A stretch of DNA of 64,000 nt from the human T2T-CHM13v2.0 reference genome, Homo sapiens: NCBI RefSeq assembly GCF_009914755.1, contig NC_060941.1. The stretch is one strand, 5' to 3'. The notes below the pieces were generated by a model. It made no database searches. It saw only the letters and a list, made by a program, of their open reading frames with translations, and was not told the origin of the DNA. A program made the position numbers and the translations under genes. Of this stretch, positions 13,570-28,908 are shown one piece after another (position 1 is the first letter of the stretch; every line of letters begins with the position of its first letter).

Positions 13570-14420
13570 TTGCTCCTGGAGGCCTAAAAATTAAATGAAA
13601 GACATAGGGAGATGAGGAAAACACGATCCCATAAGCTGGGAGTTTCCATCTCTTCTTTCCACAGGTTTTTTTTTTCTTTTCTTTTTAAAGGTCTTGTTAA
13701 ACTTAGAGACACAGCTCCTTGTCAAAGATGCCAAGAGTCTGAATCATAAAAGACATGTTAAACGTTCTATTAGAATTCAAACCTCCTTTTTTTAATGCAA
13801 ATTTAAATGCCATTTTATGGAACATCTATAATTATGAAAATGGGAAGACATTGCCTCGTGTGCAGGGAGAGTCTGTGAGTATGAATATTACATTAATGTG
13901 CCCACACCAGCTCACTGATCCTGCTGGCAGGAGCATAAAAAATGCCTGAGTGAAACTTTTATTTAGATGTTAAGACTCCAGGCCCCAGCGGGGTGACAGA
14001 GACAGCCCCTGTGAGTTGCCATCAGAGAGAGAGCTTGAATTGAATTACCCAGGGGGGAGGAAGTAGTGATGAGCACTGCTTCGCTTATTTAATTTCATTT
14101 ACTTTCAGTACATTATCAGCATGAGGTTTTTCTCTCCCCACCAACTGAAACCCAAGAATGCCACCACTAAGGAAACAAAGACATAATACAGCAGAGATGT
14201 AACTCTAAGTCACTAATTCTAGGAGACAAGGGATAGCACCATCACCACCTTCTCTCCCCAAGAGTCAAACTCAGTTTGCTAAAATTGGGTACCAAAGGAG
14301 CTGCTGAATTTTTTCTCTTGGTCATTCACTAACAAGATTCTGAAAAGGAATAGAGCTGGAAACAGCTTTTTATATGGTGTGTTTTTGTGTATAGTCAGTA
14401 AGATGTGTTATGTTGCTTTC

Positions 14421-14720
<300 letters not shown>

Positions 14721-17409
14721 TATGTTGCTTTCTTATTCATTAGACAGAATCTGTATTGAGGAATTCTCTTGCCTGGTTCCCCTTATGGGCAGTGGGAAAA
14801 AATGGGATTATAGGCTCAGTTTAGAATGTCTACGGAAAAAAAATTAGGAAATGAGGTCAGATCAGTCTCTAGTCTACTAACTGTCTTCTGTGTACAAGGT
14901 ACTGTGTGGTGAGTTCAATAACAGAGTTGTTCTCAATGTAGTTGGCTCTGAGCTCAATCTCATTAGCTCCATGATCTATCTGACAAATCCAAATAACCAA
15001 GGTGGGAATCCACAGTGGCATGCAAGGTACCTCCTCTTTCAGTGTCAGCGCAGGGTCCTACTGATCAAGAACTAGTGATCCTGAGGATGAACAGTGTTAG
15101 CCATGCCATGGGGTGATGAGGCAGGAATCTTGTATGCCTGGATCCACACCTACTGGTAAACGAACAGATCTGCAGAGAACTACTTAAGGCATAATAGAAA
15201 GTATGTAAAATATGCTTTAAAGGACGGTTATAAAAATAGGAAGAAGTTGCAAACAATTGTATAAGTTGCTATTTTAAGGCAAACAATTTATATTTAAGTA
15301 TACAATTAAAAAAAGAAGCTTTTTATTCATTACCTGAGAAAAGATATCACCACCGTCATGAAAAAATAAAAATGATTTTGATTTATTGAGAATAAATGGC
15401 CCTCTTGGCTAAGTCTAAAGGTGTATTACATTATATCAGCACAAAACAGAATTACATTAGTGTCATAATCTCTCCCTACCACTACACTTAACTAAACCTC
15501 TCAGAACAGCCCGTATAAAGAAAAGATTCACTTAGCTGAAGGATATGGGGCCACAAAGATAAGATCAACAGAGAAGTATGTTACCCAGAAGTGATGGCCA
15601 CCCAACTTTCATGGCAGATGAAGATAAAAGAAATTCTCAGATATCTTTCTCTTCATCTAGTTTCCTTTAAACCCTTGTATCCCACCCACATCAAAAAAAG
15701 CAATAAAAAACGACAGAATAGGATTCCATCTCTCAATGCTAAACATGACTCTTTAGTCAGCTATGCACAGCAACAACAATGGGGACCCTTTGGAGTGTGA
15801 TACATTTCCATAAAGCAGTCAATAAAAAAGACACGAGAGCTTATGTGAGTCACGGCCTATTTAACCAGCTGCGTTCTAGCCCACTGAGAAAAGAGAATTG
15901 GAGAAATCAGTTGGCAACACCAGAGCACAAGGCTAATAGCACAGGAGGCCACACAATTTCCACGCAAAAAGGCTGCAGCCCCTGCAGAACAAACCAGGTG
16001 CCCACTAACTTTCATTATAGGCAGCTGGCTTGGTCTCTTGCTAAATCATCCTGAAAGGAAAATAAATAGTTTTTTAAAAAACATCTTTTGTTCAAATCGT
16101 CCCCCTGTTAAGTTATGGACTTCTCCCATCCTCCCTCTTCCTTTTAATTCAAGTTCTTTTCAACTGTTTAAAAGAGGGACCTAACCAACTTGAGCCTAGA
16201 GACTAATAGCTAACAGGGGTGAATTTCAGACAGGGTGAAGTTTAGCAGGATCCTTCATTAAAGTACTCATGTAAAAAACCTGGGGATTGGGTGTATGAGA
16301 TTGGAGAAAATTTAACATCTGAAGGCTGGGAATGGTCAAATTCCACCTGCAATTCCAATGCAGTCACAGATGGCTGGTGTGTGTGCATCTGCAGACATAA
16401 ACACAAACACACGCTTTAAAATGCCTCAAATGTACCAAGGTGAGGAGGGTATTGCAGATAGGTTGGGGAGGGGGTAGTTTTCTCTTGTCTGGTGATTGTG
16501 GATTTCAAATCTGTTCATGAACCTCTCTTTTGTGCATTTGATTTCTGTGGCCTTCTTTAATATGTTCATTACTGCTTTTCCTTAGCTTCTTACTTTTCTG
16601 GGTTACTTTTTTGCCTTCTTCTCAATTTTCAGGAACCAGTCAATAAATGATAGTTTGTAGTGTCTGGCAGGAAGTGTCATCTTCCGATGCTAACAAGGAA
16701 GTTGGTTTCAATGACTATTCCTTGATTAGTCCCTTGAACAGGCATATATAATTCTTTAACTTCCGTGGTTCCATTTGATATCCACCTGAGTTTACACTTA
16801 TACCACACATTTTTCTTGCATTGTGCTTCACTTATAAAGGAATTTAGCTTAACATATGAAAGGTGAAAAATTCTAAAACATTAGTAATAGATTTAGCATC
16901 TAAAATTTCAAAGATATAGAAAGCACTCAAACAGATGGCTTTAAACTAACTGAATGGAACTGTTCATGGAGAAATAAATTGGACAACAGATGAAAGGAAG
17001 GGAATGAACACAACGTACTTAATCAAGTTCTTCAACAAGCTGTGATGTAAGAAGCTAGGAAACAGAACATGAGCAACAGGAGCTAGACTAAAGGACCCCA
17101 GAAAATGGTAGAAATGACACATTTGTAGTTAGCAAACCAACACAGAAGACAACTTTCATGAGACCTCAATAGACTCATGTTGCCCTTCTAATTTTTGAAG
17201 GTCTTTTAAAAATACCAGTGAATCCAGGTTATAGTGAACCCAGGTTACAGAAATCTGTGGAGAAAATCCTGTTATACTGAAGACAAAAAAAACCTCTGAG
17301 GTTCTAGGTCAGTAGTACAAAGAAAAAAAAGCAGATAATAAACAAAATAATTAAAATGAATATGCTTTAACAAAAATGGCCCCCCAAAACCCTAACCAGT
17401 TTTAAATTC

Positions 17410-17560
17410 ATCAGCATTGTATCAAGCATTTTTACATCTAAGTCCCACAATATCCCTATGAGGCATGTTTTATTATCATCCCCACTTTACAGACTAGGAA
17501 ACTGAGGTGTAATGAAATGACATAATTTGCTGAAGGTTGCTCAGTTGGAATAGCCCATGC
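17410..17560 (-). mobile_element. MIR fragment
   Basis: MIR core tattatcatccccactttacagactaggaaactgagg. Confidence 0.8.
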
Positions 17561-17764
17561 TGTTTCCAATACTCTGAGCTTCAGACATGCACAGAAGTGG
17601 ATGAGGAAAGATTGGGTCTTCCTATCTCACTCCCCCACAAAAAGAGACCCTGTTTTTTGGAAGAAGAAACAGGCATGATGTGTGGTTATTCTAACTCCTG
17701 GTGTCAAAAAATTATTTTAGTATCTATATTTCTTATTTACTTTTTTATGAGTAAAATGAGCAGG

Positions 17765-18057
17765 TTTTATTTTATTTTTATGTTTTTCAGCTTTTATTTT
17801 AGAATCGGGGTACATGTGTAGGTTTGTTACAAAGGTATATTGTGTGATGCTGAGGTTTGGAGTATGAATAATCTGTCATCCAGGTAGTGAGCACAGTACC
17901 CAATAATAGTTTTTCAACCCTTGCTTCCCTCCCTACCTCCTCGTGCATTTACTCAGTGTCTACTGTTGCCATATTTATGTCCATGTGTACCCAGTGTGTA
18001 GCTCCCACTTATAAGTGAGAAAATGCCATATTATGTTTTCTGTTTCTGCGTTAGTTC
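17765..18057 (-). mobile_element. L1 3' terminus (older L1PA-type) with degraded poly(A), fused to the U6 3' end
   Basis: ggggtacatgtgtaggtttgttac...gctcccacttataagtgaga are L1 3'UTR hallmarks; T-rich tail on the left. Confidence 0.9.
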
Positions 18058-18164
18058 AAAAACATGGAATGCTTCACAAATTTGCATGTCATCTTTGCAC
18101 AGGGGCCATGCTAATCTTCTCTGTATCATTCCAATTTTAGTATATATGCTGCCAAAGTGAGCAC
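18058..18164 (-). pseudogene. Full-length U6 snRNA retropseudogene (RNU6-type), 5' part of a U6-L1 chimera
   Basis: Reverse complement GTGCTCACTTTGGCAGCATATATACTAAAATTGGAATGATACAGAGAAGATTAGCATGGCCCCTGTGCAAAGATGACATGCAAATTTGTGAAGCATTCCATGTTTTT matches U6; differences are mostly CpG decay. Confidence 0.97.
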
Positions 18165-18354
18165 TCGGTTACTTTTAAATGTACTAACTGATTAATCTTT
18201 GGAATTGCCTCCTAGGGCAGATCTATGTGAAATCCAAGAGGTCAAAAGAGATATAGAGCAAAATACAAGAAAGTCTCAGAATTCAATAAAAGGACACATG
18301 AGTTAAGTACCTATAAGAGGGCACAGCCAGAAGCTCTCAAAAAATGCTGCTTGG

Positions 18355-18709
<355 letters not shown>

Positions 18710-18814
18710 CTAGAAAAAAGAAACCCTGTTCCAGTGTAGGGCTCATGCAGAAATCTTGGACATGATTTACTTACTCTTGAAGGAAGAGATTTGGGTTTGA
18801 AAAGGAAGATTTTC

Positions 18815-19093
18815 CCCAGCACTTTGGGAGGCTGAGGCAGGCAGATCACTTGAGGCCAGGAGTTTGAGACCAGCCTGGCCAACATGGTGAAACTCCGTCT
18901 CTACCAAAAACAAAAAAATTAGTCAGGCATGGTGGTATGTGCCTGTAGTCCCAGGTACTTGGAAGCTTGAGGCAGGAGGATTGCTTGAGCCTGGGAGGCA
19001 GAGGTTGCAGTGAGCTGAGAGTGCACCAGCCTAGGTGGCAGAACAAGACTCAAAACAAAAAACAAACAAACAAAAAACAAAAACAAAACAAAA
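18815..19093 (+). mobile_element. 5'-truncated Alu
   Basis: Starts at cccagcactttggg; (CAAAA)n tail. Confidence 0.9.
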
Positions 19094-19552
19094 GGATTTT
19101 AAAGCCAAATATCCAAACTGGTTTCTTTTCATAAAGTATTCCCTCAGTAATGCCAAGCCACAAGGTAACTTACAGAAACCATGAGTATTCATGGAGGATG
19201 AAGAACCCTCTCATTCCTACAAAGGGGCAACACATGCTAATTGTCTAGGAGACCTGTGGTCTTGCAAGATGCTCTCTTCCACATCTTCACTTTCCGTGGG
19301 ATTTTACTTATGAGAAATGAAAGTGTTAGGAAAAAGCCCTTCTAACTCCAAGCATGGTAACTTCAATGCACTAATGATAGTATCTAAATAAATGGTAATA
19401 ATCAATACTTTCTGGTAGGTGTCAGGAGTTCATCTTAAAGAATGACTAACTGTAATAATCCATTGCTTCTCAATCGTGAAACATTGGTATACTTTGATCA
19501 GTTAAAGGACAGAGATTTTGAATAATTTACTTTTAGAATAAGAATGGGTTTT

Positions 19553-19934
<382 letters not shown>

Positions 19935-20569
19935 TCAAAAATAACTTATAGCTTATCCTATGTATGCTACAGCCTATAGTGATGAAATGAATCTGATGTA
20001 CTATCATAATTGTGGCATCATGAATTCCCACAGTGCTTTATTTACTTGAAAAAAAAAATTGTGTTCCTTCAAAACCATGAGTGTTCTGTGGTGGTGGGTT
20101 AAGCATATGTGTCTTTTGATTTTATCAATAACACATATCTGTAACCCAACATCCTCAGCTTCATTTTTATCCTAAGAATCCATCCTTAATATAGAACCGC
20201 AAAAGACCTGAAGTATCTTTAGCAGCTAAGTCACAGTAAGTGGCAACAGAGCAAAGTGGGAATCCTGATACAAATTAAGGCAGCAATCCTTCAATGGTCT
20301 CATGATTCTAAAAAGGAGAAGAGGATTTTAAAATGCCACATTGTCTTTTTACAAACCTTGCAAGATCGACGTATTCCCCCTGAGTCAGATCACGATTATA
20401 CATGCATCACTTGAGAGCCTATCTTTAAAAACGAATGACGAAATGTCATTTTCAGATCTGTTTATTTACTATGCCACTGGACTGTGATAAGAGCACAGAG
20501 AAAAGGAAATAAAAAGAAAAGAGCCTTGCCTGGGTTTAGAATCACTTTTTAACTGGTTCACCAAACTGT

Positions 20570-20995
20570 GGCCAGAAGTCATCTTTCTAAAACACAGATC
20601 ATGTCACATTCCTGCTTAAATCCTGTAATGGTTTTTTATTACCTACAGGATGAAACTCAAACTCTCCAGCATACAAAGATTTTTAAGTACTTGGTGTCTT
20701 CCTACCTTCCAGTTTCATTTTCTCCCAACTTTGTCACCTCCCAGTACTCCAGCAACAATAAGGAACAGACTCTGTCCTGTGGAACATGCCATGCACTTTA
20801 CACTGCCAGGTCTCTGTGTATTCTGTTTTTCCTGTTTGGAACTTCCTCTCTCTACATCCAGCTGCCGAGTTGGGAGTGCTCCTTCAGTTCAAATGTCACA
20901 TCCTCTTTGAATCTTTGATTCCACCATGTAAAATTATATACTCCCTCTTCTGTGCTTCTATAGCATTTTCTAGAACATTTTTATAGCACAGTCTT
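20570..20995 (+). mobile_element. L2 fragment
   Basis: gccagaagtcatctttctaaaacacagatcatgtcac...ttcagttcaaatgtcacatcctc resembles the L2 3' region. Confidence 0.75.
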
Positions 20996-21390
20996 GGCTC
21001 CCAGGGACCCTAAATCTTTTCCTCAACGTGCTCCATTCTTGCCACTTTGCTTGGGTTTCCATAAGACCTTAGTAACAATGTAAAGCTGCTAGAATCCTTG
21101 AAAAAGCAAATAGAAAAAGGGCTATTCCTGGGAAAAGAACGGTAGTTGTGGACCTGGGTACAAGGCAATAGGGAGGAGGGTAAAAATAGATCTTGCAGTC
21201 ATAGGAAAAGAGATGACACCATGGAAGAAATTAAGTGAACAGAACGTTATAGTACCTGGATTAAAATGGGGAAACGAAGTTGCATATTAGATTCTTCTTT
21301 GGTGCATATAGCCGTGCACGTAGGGGGATGGGCCAGGGTTTTCATGGCAATTGTCTAGGTAAGAAGAGTAAGAATTAGATTGAGGAGGAA

Positions 21391-22059
<669 letters not shown>

Positions 22060-22630
22060 CTGGGCCATTCTTTAATTAGTTGTTGAACTGATGTGGAATT
22101 AAGAAGGATCTTTCCCTTAAATATACACAATACACTGTAAGGAGTGTGATACTAATTATTTAATTTCTGGAAGCCTAAAGAAAAGCTGCCAGTGGGAAAT
22201 CTGGTCCCTTTCATAGAGAGCAGTGCAATTCATTATTTGTATACTTGTTTCTCTTTTTATCCCCAGGGGCCTCGTACACACAGTAGGTACCCAATAATGT
22301 TTGTTAAACTGAACTGAAACCACTTCTAGCCTAATAGGACTTGTGATCTAGGAATGCAATATGGAAGTGAATATTTGTTAGTCAAACCATTTTCGCTTAA
22401 GTCACAAACAGTCATTTTTGTTCTACTTTAATCTTAGGGTTGGTATCATATAAAACAAGAAAGTAAGAAGAGGCAAGGAAAGGAGGATTTTGCCAAGACA
22501 ACAAGGAGAAAGTGGGGGTGCAGAAGTTAGCTCGTATCACAGCGCTGAGAATGAAAGAAAGAGGACCAAAAAGGATTTTGGAGAAAAAATTAGAATAAAA
22601 TGCCATGAACCTCAAATGGAGAGAAATAAA

Positions 22631-23082
22631 TTTCTCTCTCTCTCTTTTTCCTTCCTTCCTTCCTTCTTTCCTTCCTTCCTTTCTTCGTTCCTTCCTTCCT
22701 TCCTTCTCTCCTCCCTCTCTCTCTCTTCCTTGCTTCTTTCCCTCCCTCTTTCCTTCTTTCCTCTCTCTCTCTTTCTTTTTTGAGACAGGGTCTTGCTCTG
22801 ACACCCAGGCTGAAGTGCAGTGGTGCAATCATGGCTCACTGCAGCCTCCATCTCCTGGGTTCAAGCAACCCTCCTGCCCTCAGCCTCCCAAGTAGCTTGG
22901 ACTACTTGGTGTGCACCGCCACACTTGGCTAATTTATTTCTTATTTTTGGTAGAGACAGGGTCTCACTATGTTTCCCAGGCTGGTCTTGAACTCCTGGTC
23001 TCAAACTTCTGGTCTCAAGCAATCTTTCCATCTCAGCCTCCCAAAGTGCTGGGATTATAGGTGTGAACTACCACGCCTGGCC
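22631..23082 (-). mobile_element. AluJ with tail expanded into (TTCC)n/(TC)n
   Basis: TSD agaaataaatttct brackets tail plus Alu. Confidence 0.92.
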
Positions 23083-25459
23083 AAGAAATAAATTTCTGAG
23101 TCCCATGTTACAGCCTGATTGGCACACCAATTCTGTTTGCCTTGGACCTTATCTATCTCCAGAACAGGGTTCAGAAGAAACAATAAACAGGCAAAAGACT
23201 GTGCCAAATGAATAACTGATTACTCTTTAGGAAATAGCTATTGATAGCAACTTCTGAGCTATAGACTTTGAGTGGCTGAGAATTTGGTCACTGATAGTGT
23301 TTCCTCAGTCTTGTTCTTTTATTTATCTCCTGGAGAAATGGCATTTTCCTTTTGAGCTTTTACATGTACATTGGTTTGCATCCTGTGAGCAAACATCTTA
23401 TGTGTGTCTGAGCATTTAATACTGTTAATGGTGAAGGCTACATGGAGATTAGTGTGACAGACTCCTGACATCTCTATTTTAGTTGCTATCCAAAGCAAAA
23501 GATTTAAGGAGGAATCAAATGATAATAATTTTGCCTTCTCTATGTCTCTCTAGTAAAAGACATTCAGATATCATCAGAGTACTGCATTGAGAAAACTTTA
23601 AAAGCAAACACAGCAGAAAAGACAAAAGAAGACTCAGGAACTAATTATCGTGATTCTCTGGGGGTATTTCAGGGTGGGTGATCTAATGAGAACTCTTACA
23701 CCCCATCAGGAAGAACTTGATGGGAAAGCAGTGATCTTAGCAATGTGGCTTTGACCTGGTATGTATTATCTCCTGGTCAAAGGGCCACTCCCAAGCCAAA
23801 CCTCACCCTCAGACAGCTCCATGTGTGTCTCTGTGTAGCAGTATGGGCTCAGAGACAGAAAAATGATGTTGGCTGTGATAAGTCACCTTTAAGGCAAAAA
23901 TCACCCTCCCTTAAAAAAGAAGTTACAAATTCTAGATTTAAATATTTCTGGATTTTTCTGTTTCATCCGACAAAACTCAAGCAAGTTTGAAGTCAAACTT
24001 TGCAAGGAAAAAGATTTAGGAGGGGAAAATGAGGGTGATGTTTCTAAACCCAAAATTTTCCAACCAAATCACCAAGTCTGTAATTGCAAAATAAAAACAC
24101 TAAATCTCAATATCTATTTGCACAGCTCATTAACTAAGGGCTCACACTCAGCAAACGGGGAAAAAAAGAAAAAGAAAAAAACTTTAGTACCAAATACATT
24201 TGGAAAGTTACTATAGAGACCTATATTTCCCTTGAATCTAAACTAGGCCCTGCCACATTCTGCTACACTGTGGTTGGATGCATCTGTTTGTCTGTCTGTC
24301 TTTATTGCTTATTTAGCAAGTAGCAAATCGGGATGAGGCAAAGCATCTTTTGTCAGACCATGCAGGAGAGAGAAAGAGAACATTTCTTTCCCCACTGAAC
24401 ATTATGAACATTATGGCAGGCACTGGACCTGCTCTGCTACTGGGACAACATGATTTACAATGTGAAAAGGGAAAACCTAAATCACCAAGTAATGAAAACA
24501 TTAAAGTTAATGCATCACAAGTGAGGAATTTATTACCATTAACTCCAATAAACAGTTATAAAACACTCGTCCTTTCCTGTCCGTGCACAGGGACACAGAC
24601 ACTGGACTTCATTAAGCTCAACTTTCTTTTCTTCTTCACTAGACCAGTCATGTGTGTTTGAACCAACCACCATTTATTGTTAAGTGGACTAGCTCATTTT
24701 CCAGGACTGTAGAAAGCTGAAGGCACATCCATTCTGCTTCACGGCACTTGGTATAGACGGATGAAATAGCAAAGTTTAGAAGACATGCAGCTCGGTATTG
24801 CTGTATAAGTTTATTTAAAAGTCTCTAAAATGTATGTCTGACAAAAGCAGAGTAGCTCTTCCGAGCAGCCTTTCTCACAGGCAGGTATATAAGTAATAAT
24901 GCCTGGTGGGGAGGATGGCATATTGGATGCCAATGCACGTCAGGTGTGTTTAACTGAATAATTTTTCCCTTGTTATTGTTTGGTATAGCACCTTGGAAGC
25001 CTGAGATGGAAACCCATTTCCTTCTAACATTTTTCTCTGTCACAGGGGCAGAGAAGTTTATTACCTTAAGGTTGTTCCTGAACAAAAGAGGCTGCACATA
25101 TTGGATGGCTAAGGTAGATTGGTTCCAGATTCATTTGTTTTCAAGGAAAAAAAGAACTAAAGTGTCTTTTTGAAAAGCCACTTCTAATTGTGGAATTGCC
25201 TGGGTGTTACAAAGCACATAGGAGAGGCAGCATGAAATTCAGGCTTTCCTGACCAAATAATTACAACAGTAACATGATAATAGTAATACTTTACATTTGG
25301 ATAACACTTTATTTAGTGTTTATAAAATGCTTTCGTGTATGACACCTCCTTAATTCTGATCTCCTTCATTCAGACAGAAAGATCTCACCAGTCTGGCCTT
25401 CTGAAGCTGAAACAGGCTCACACAGTTGGGAAGAAGAAGAACCAAGATATAAACTCAGA

Positions 25460-25783
25460 TTTTTTTCTTTTTTTTTTTTTTGAGACAGAGTTTCACTCTT
25501 GTTGCCCAGGCTGGAGTGCAATGGTGTGATCTCGGCTGGAGTGCAATGGCGTGATCTGAGCATCTCCCGCGCTCAAACGATTCTCCTGCCTCAGCCTCCT
25601 GAGTAGCTGTGTTATAGGCATGTGCCACCACACCTGGCTAATTTTTTTTTTTTTTGTATTTTTAGTAGAGACGGGGTTTCACCATGCTGGCCAGGCTGGT
25701 CTCGAACTCCTGACCTTAGGTGATTCCCCCGCCTCTGCCTCTCAAAGTGCTGGGATTACAGGCGTGAGCCACCGTGCCCAGCC
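25460..25783 (-). mobile_element. AluS with internal duplication
   Basis: ggctggagtgcaatgg(t/c)gtgatct occurs twice in tandem; TSD aaactcag. Confidence 0.92.
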
Positions 25784-26300
25784 AAAACTCAGGTATTTTT
25801 AAGCTCCAAATCCAGTTTTTTTTCCTTTTGTTTTGGCTACACCATGCTACACATTTTATCTAATGTATGTTATGGTCCTAACTATAAAGTCAAGATGAAT
25901 AATGCTTTAATTCTATATTTCTCAGCCCAAATTTCATGATTTTTAGGAACCCCATTCTGCTAAGAATGGCTACAGTAATATACTACTAAATGGAGCCATT
26001 ATGCCTGGGAGTTGTCCAGGATATTCAGCCTTAAAATGGGATCTGATCTTTGGCATTACCAGAGAAGAGACAGGTACCTGGGCTGTATGAGGTTCACAGG
26101 GATGTTTAGCCCCAGACATTGAGTGGGACTGCTGGACTTCTATGGGTCAAACTGTGTAGAGCACATGAAAGGAGGAACAAGAATAGCTCTGATGCAGAAT
26201 CTGAGCAGCACATCCCACATTACCAAAGCTAAGAGTTCCATAAGACCAACTACTAAAATGTTGCATGATTTAAGATGGTAGAAATACTTGTCAAGGAAAT

Positions 26301-26361
26301 CCTTCCTTCCTTCCTTCCTTCCTCCCTCCCTCCTTCCTCTTTCTTTTCTTTTCTTTTCTTT

Positions 26362-26417
<56 letters not shown>

Positions 26418-26808
26418 TTTCTTTCTTTCTTTCTTTCTCTCTCTCTCTCTTTCTTTCTTCTTTCTCTCTCTCTCTTTCTTTCTTTCCTTCTCTCTCTCTC
26501 TCTCTCTCTGTCTCTTTCTTTTTTTGAGATGGGGTCTCACTCTGTTGCCCAGGCTGGAGTGCAGTGGCTTGATCTTGGTTCACTGCAGTCTCCACCTCCC
26601 AGGCTTAAGCAATCCTCCCACCTCAGCCTCCTGAGTAGCTGAAACTACAGGCACATGTCACCACGCTCAGCTAATTTTTGGATTTTTTGGTCGAGACAGG
26701 GTTTAGCTATGTTGCCCAGGCTGGTCTAGAACTCCTGGGCTCAAGCAATTCACGTGCCTCGGCCTCCCAAAGTGCTGGGATTACAGGCGTGAGCTACCAC
26801 ACCTGGCC
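26301..26808 (-). mobile_element. AluJ with tail expanded into (TTCC)n(TTTC)n(TC)n
   Basis: TSD aaggaaatc; about 220-nt pyrimidine tail. Confidence 0.92.
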
Positions 26809-27639
26809 AAGGAAATCTTAAATAGAACAAAAAGATCAAGAAAAGGAAACCAGAAAAGATAAAAAGTATTAGAACACAGAAACAGAGGGAAGGACATTAT
26901 CAAAGAAATAATAACATTTCTCAAAATGATAGGAATCTTTTGATTGACATGGTCCTCCATACACCCAGCACATGAATGAAAAGGGACTCACATATTGGTA
27001 ATCACAGTGATATTTCAGAACAGAATTCTTAAAAAGAAGATCCTAAAACCTTCTGAATCAGGGGGGAGAAACAAGTCATACAAAGCATTAAGAATCAGAA
27101 TGGCACTGAAATTCTCCACAGCAACAATGAAAGCTGGAAGCCAATGAAGCAAAGCTTTCCAAGTTCTAAGGGAAAATGATTTCCATTAGCATTCTCACAC
27201 CCAAACTAACAGTTAAGTGTAAAAGTAGAATACAGAGGTTTTCAGACATTCAAAGTCTCAAGAAATTGACCTCCCAGGCATCCTTTCTCAGGATGCCACC
27301 ACAATATGTGCTCCATCAAAATGAGGGAGTCCACCAAGAAAGAAGGTGACATTGGGTCCAGAACGTGGTGCTCTGATGAAGGAAAGGGATGAAAGGGAAG
27401 TCCCAGGATGACAGCTGTGCAGGAGGCCTGAGAGCAGCCAGCCCAGAGTGGGGAGGAGGATGGAGATCTCCAGGAGAGACTAGAAGCACAAATGGAACTG
27501 ATGGATCATCTGGTGTGTTTGATAATGTGGAAAATTACAATTCTGCAAAGTTTGGAAAGAATTAGGGATGGTGACTTAGAAAACTATGCAAATGAAGAAA
27601 GTCAAGGCATTTGCCAACTCTAGGAAAAACAAGAATTTT

Positions 27640-27817
27640 TTTTACATTTCCTGGTTTATTATAAAGGATATAACAAAGGATATAGGTAAAGAGATGCATA
27701 GGGTGAGGTATGGGGGAAGGGGTGTGGAGCTTCCATGTCCTCCCTGGCTATGCTACCCTCCAGGAACCTCCACGTGGTCAGTTATCTGGAAGCTCTATGA
27801 ACCCAGTCCTCTTGGGT
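27640..27817. mobile_element. Internal fragment of a MER21-type LTR
   Basis: ggtttattataaaggata...gagatgcatagggtgaggtatgggggaaggggtgtggagcttccatg...ccaggaacctccacgtg matches recalled MER21. Confidence 0.75.
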
Positions 27818-28229
27818 AAAAAATAAAGACTTTTTTTTTATACCCCTTGGTATAAAAAATAAAGAAATAAAATTTAATTATACAATTTTATAAGGGTTGA
27901 CGTAAATAATATTTACATAGTTAATGTAAACACTAAATATTGATTAACTAAAAATTATGATATAACCACACTCGAAACATGAAGAATGGGGAATTGATGG
28001 CTGGGATGGAATAGGAATGCTGACTCCTCCCCTATCATAATATAAAATCAATAGGTAATGTCTGAAATTGATAAACTAAAAAAATAGCTGTCTAATCATA
28101 TTATTTAGAAGTGTGGAAGAGACACATCAGAATGGATGAAAAAGTTAATTTTTAAAAAATGGAAAGGGGTTGCCTCTGGAAAGCAGAACTCCAGGGTGAC
28201 TGCTTGTAGTATTATTTGATTAAAAAAAA

Positions 28230-28346
28230 TTTTTTTGGAAATGGGGTCTTGCTATGTGGCCAAGGCTGAATTCAAACTCCTGGGCTCAAGTAATCTTCCC
28301 ACTTTAGCCTCCCAAGGGACTACAGGTACACACCATTGTGCCTGGC
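28230..28346 (-). mobile_element. FLAM monomer
   Basis: TSD ttatttgatt. Confidence 0.8.
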
Positions 28347-28599
28347 TTTATTTGATTTTTAAGAACTATATGCATACATTATTTTGATAAAAATAAAAAT
28401 AGAAAATTTTAAAAATAGTTTTTCAACCATTTCACAGTACAGCCATGTCTCCATATTTATATAATGATGTCCATTCTGAGTGGCTGATTACACAAAATTC
28501 CTAAGCTTGGTATGAAGGTACGTGGCAAAGGAATCCAGAAAAGAAAGAAGAAACCAGTGTAGAATGAAGAGAAACAATGCTATTAAAACCACTTGCACA

Positions 28600-28908
<309 letters not shown>

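Larger units (their letters stand above)
26820..28410 (+). mobile_element. HAL1-like (half-L1) ORF1 relic and 3' region, interrupted
   Basis: L1-ORF1-like stretch (aagaatcagaatggcactgaaattctccacagcaacaatgaaagctggaag) followed by HAL1-type gaagtcccaggatgacagctgtgcag. Confidence 0.75.

Noticed and set aside
22650-22705. (GGAA)n as an EWS-FLI1-type response microsatellite
   Set aside because: Runs are short and interrupted.
22412-26634. Long K/E/R-rich or F/L/S-rich ORFs
   Set aside because: Stop-free microsatellite Alu tails.
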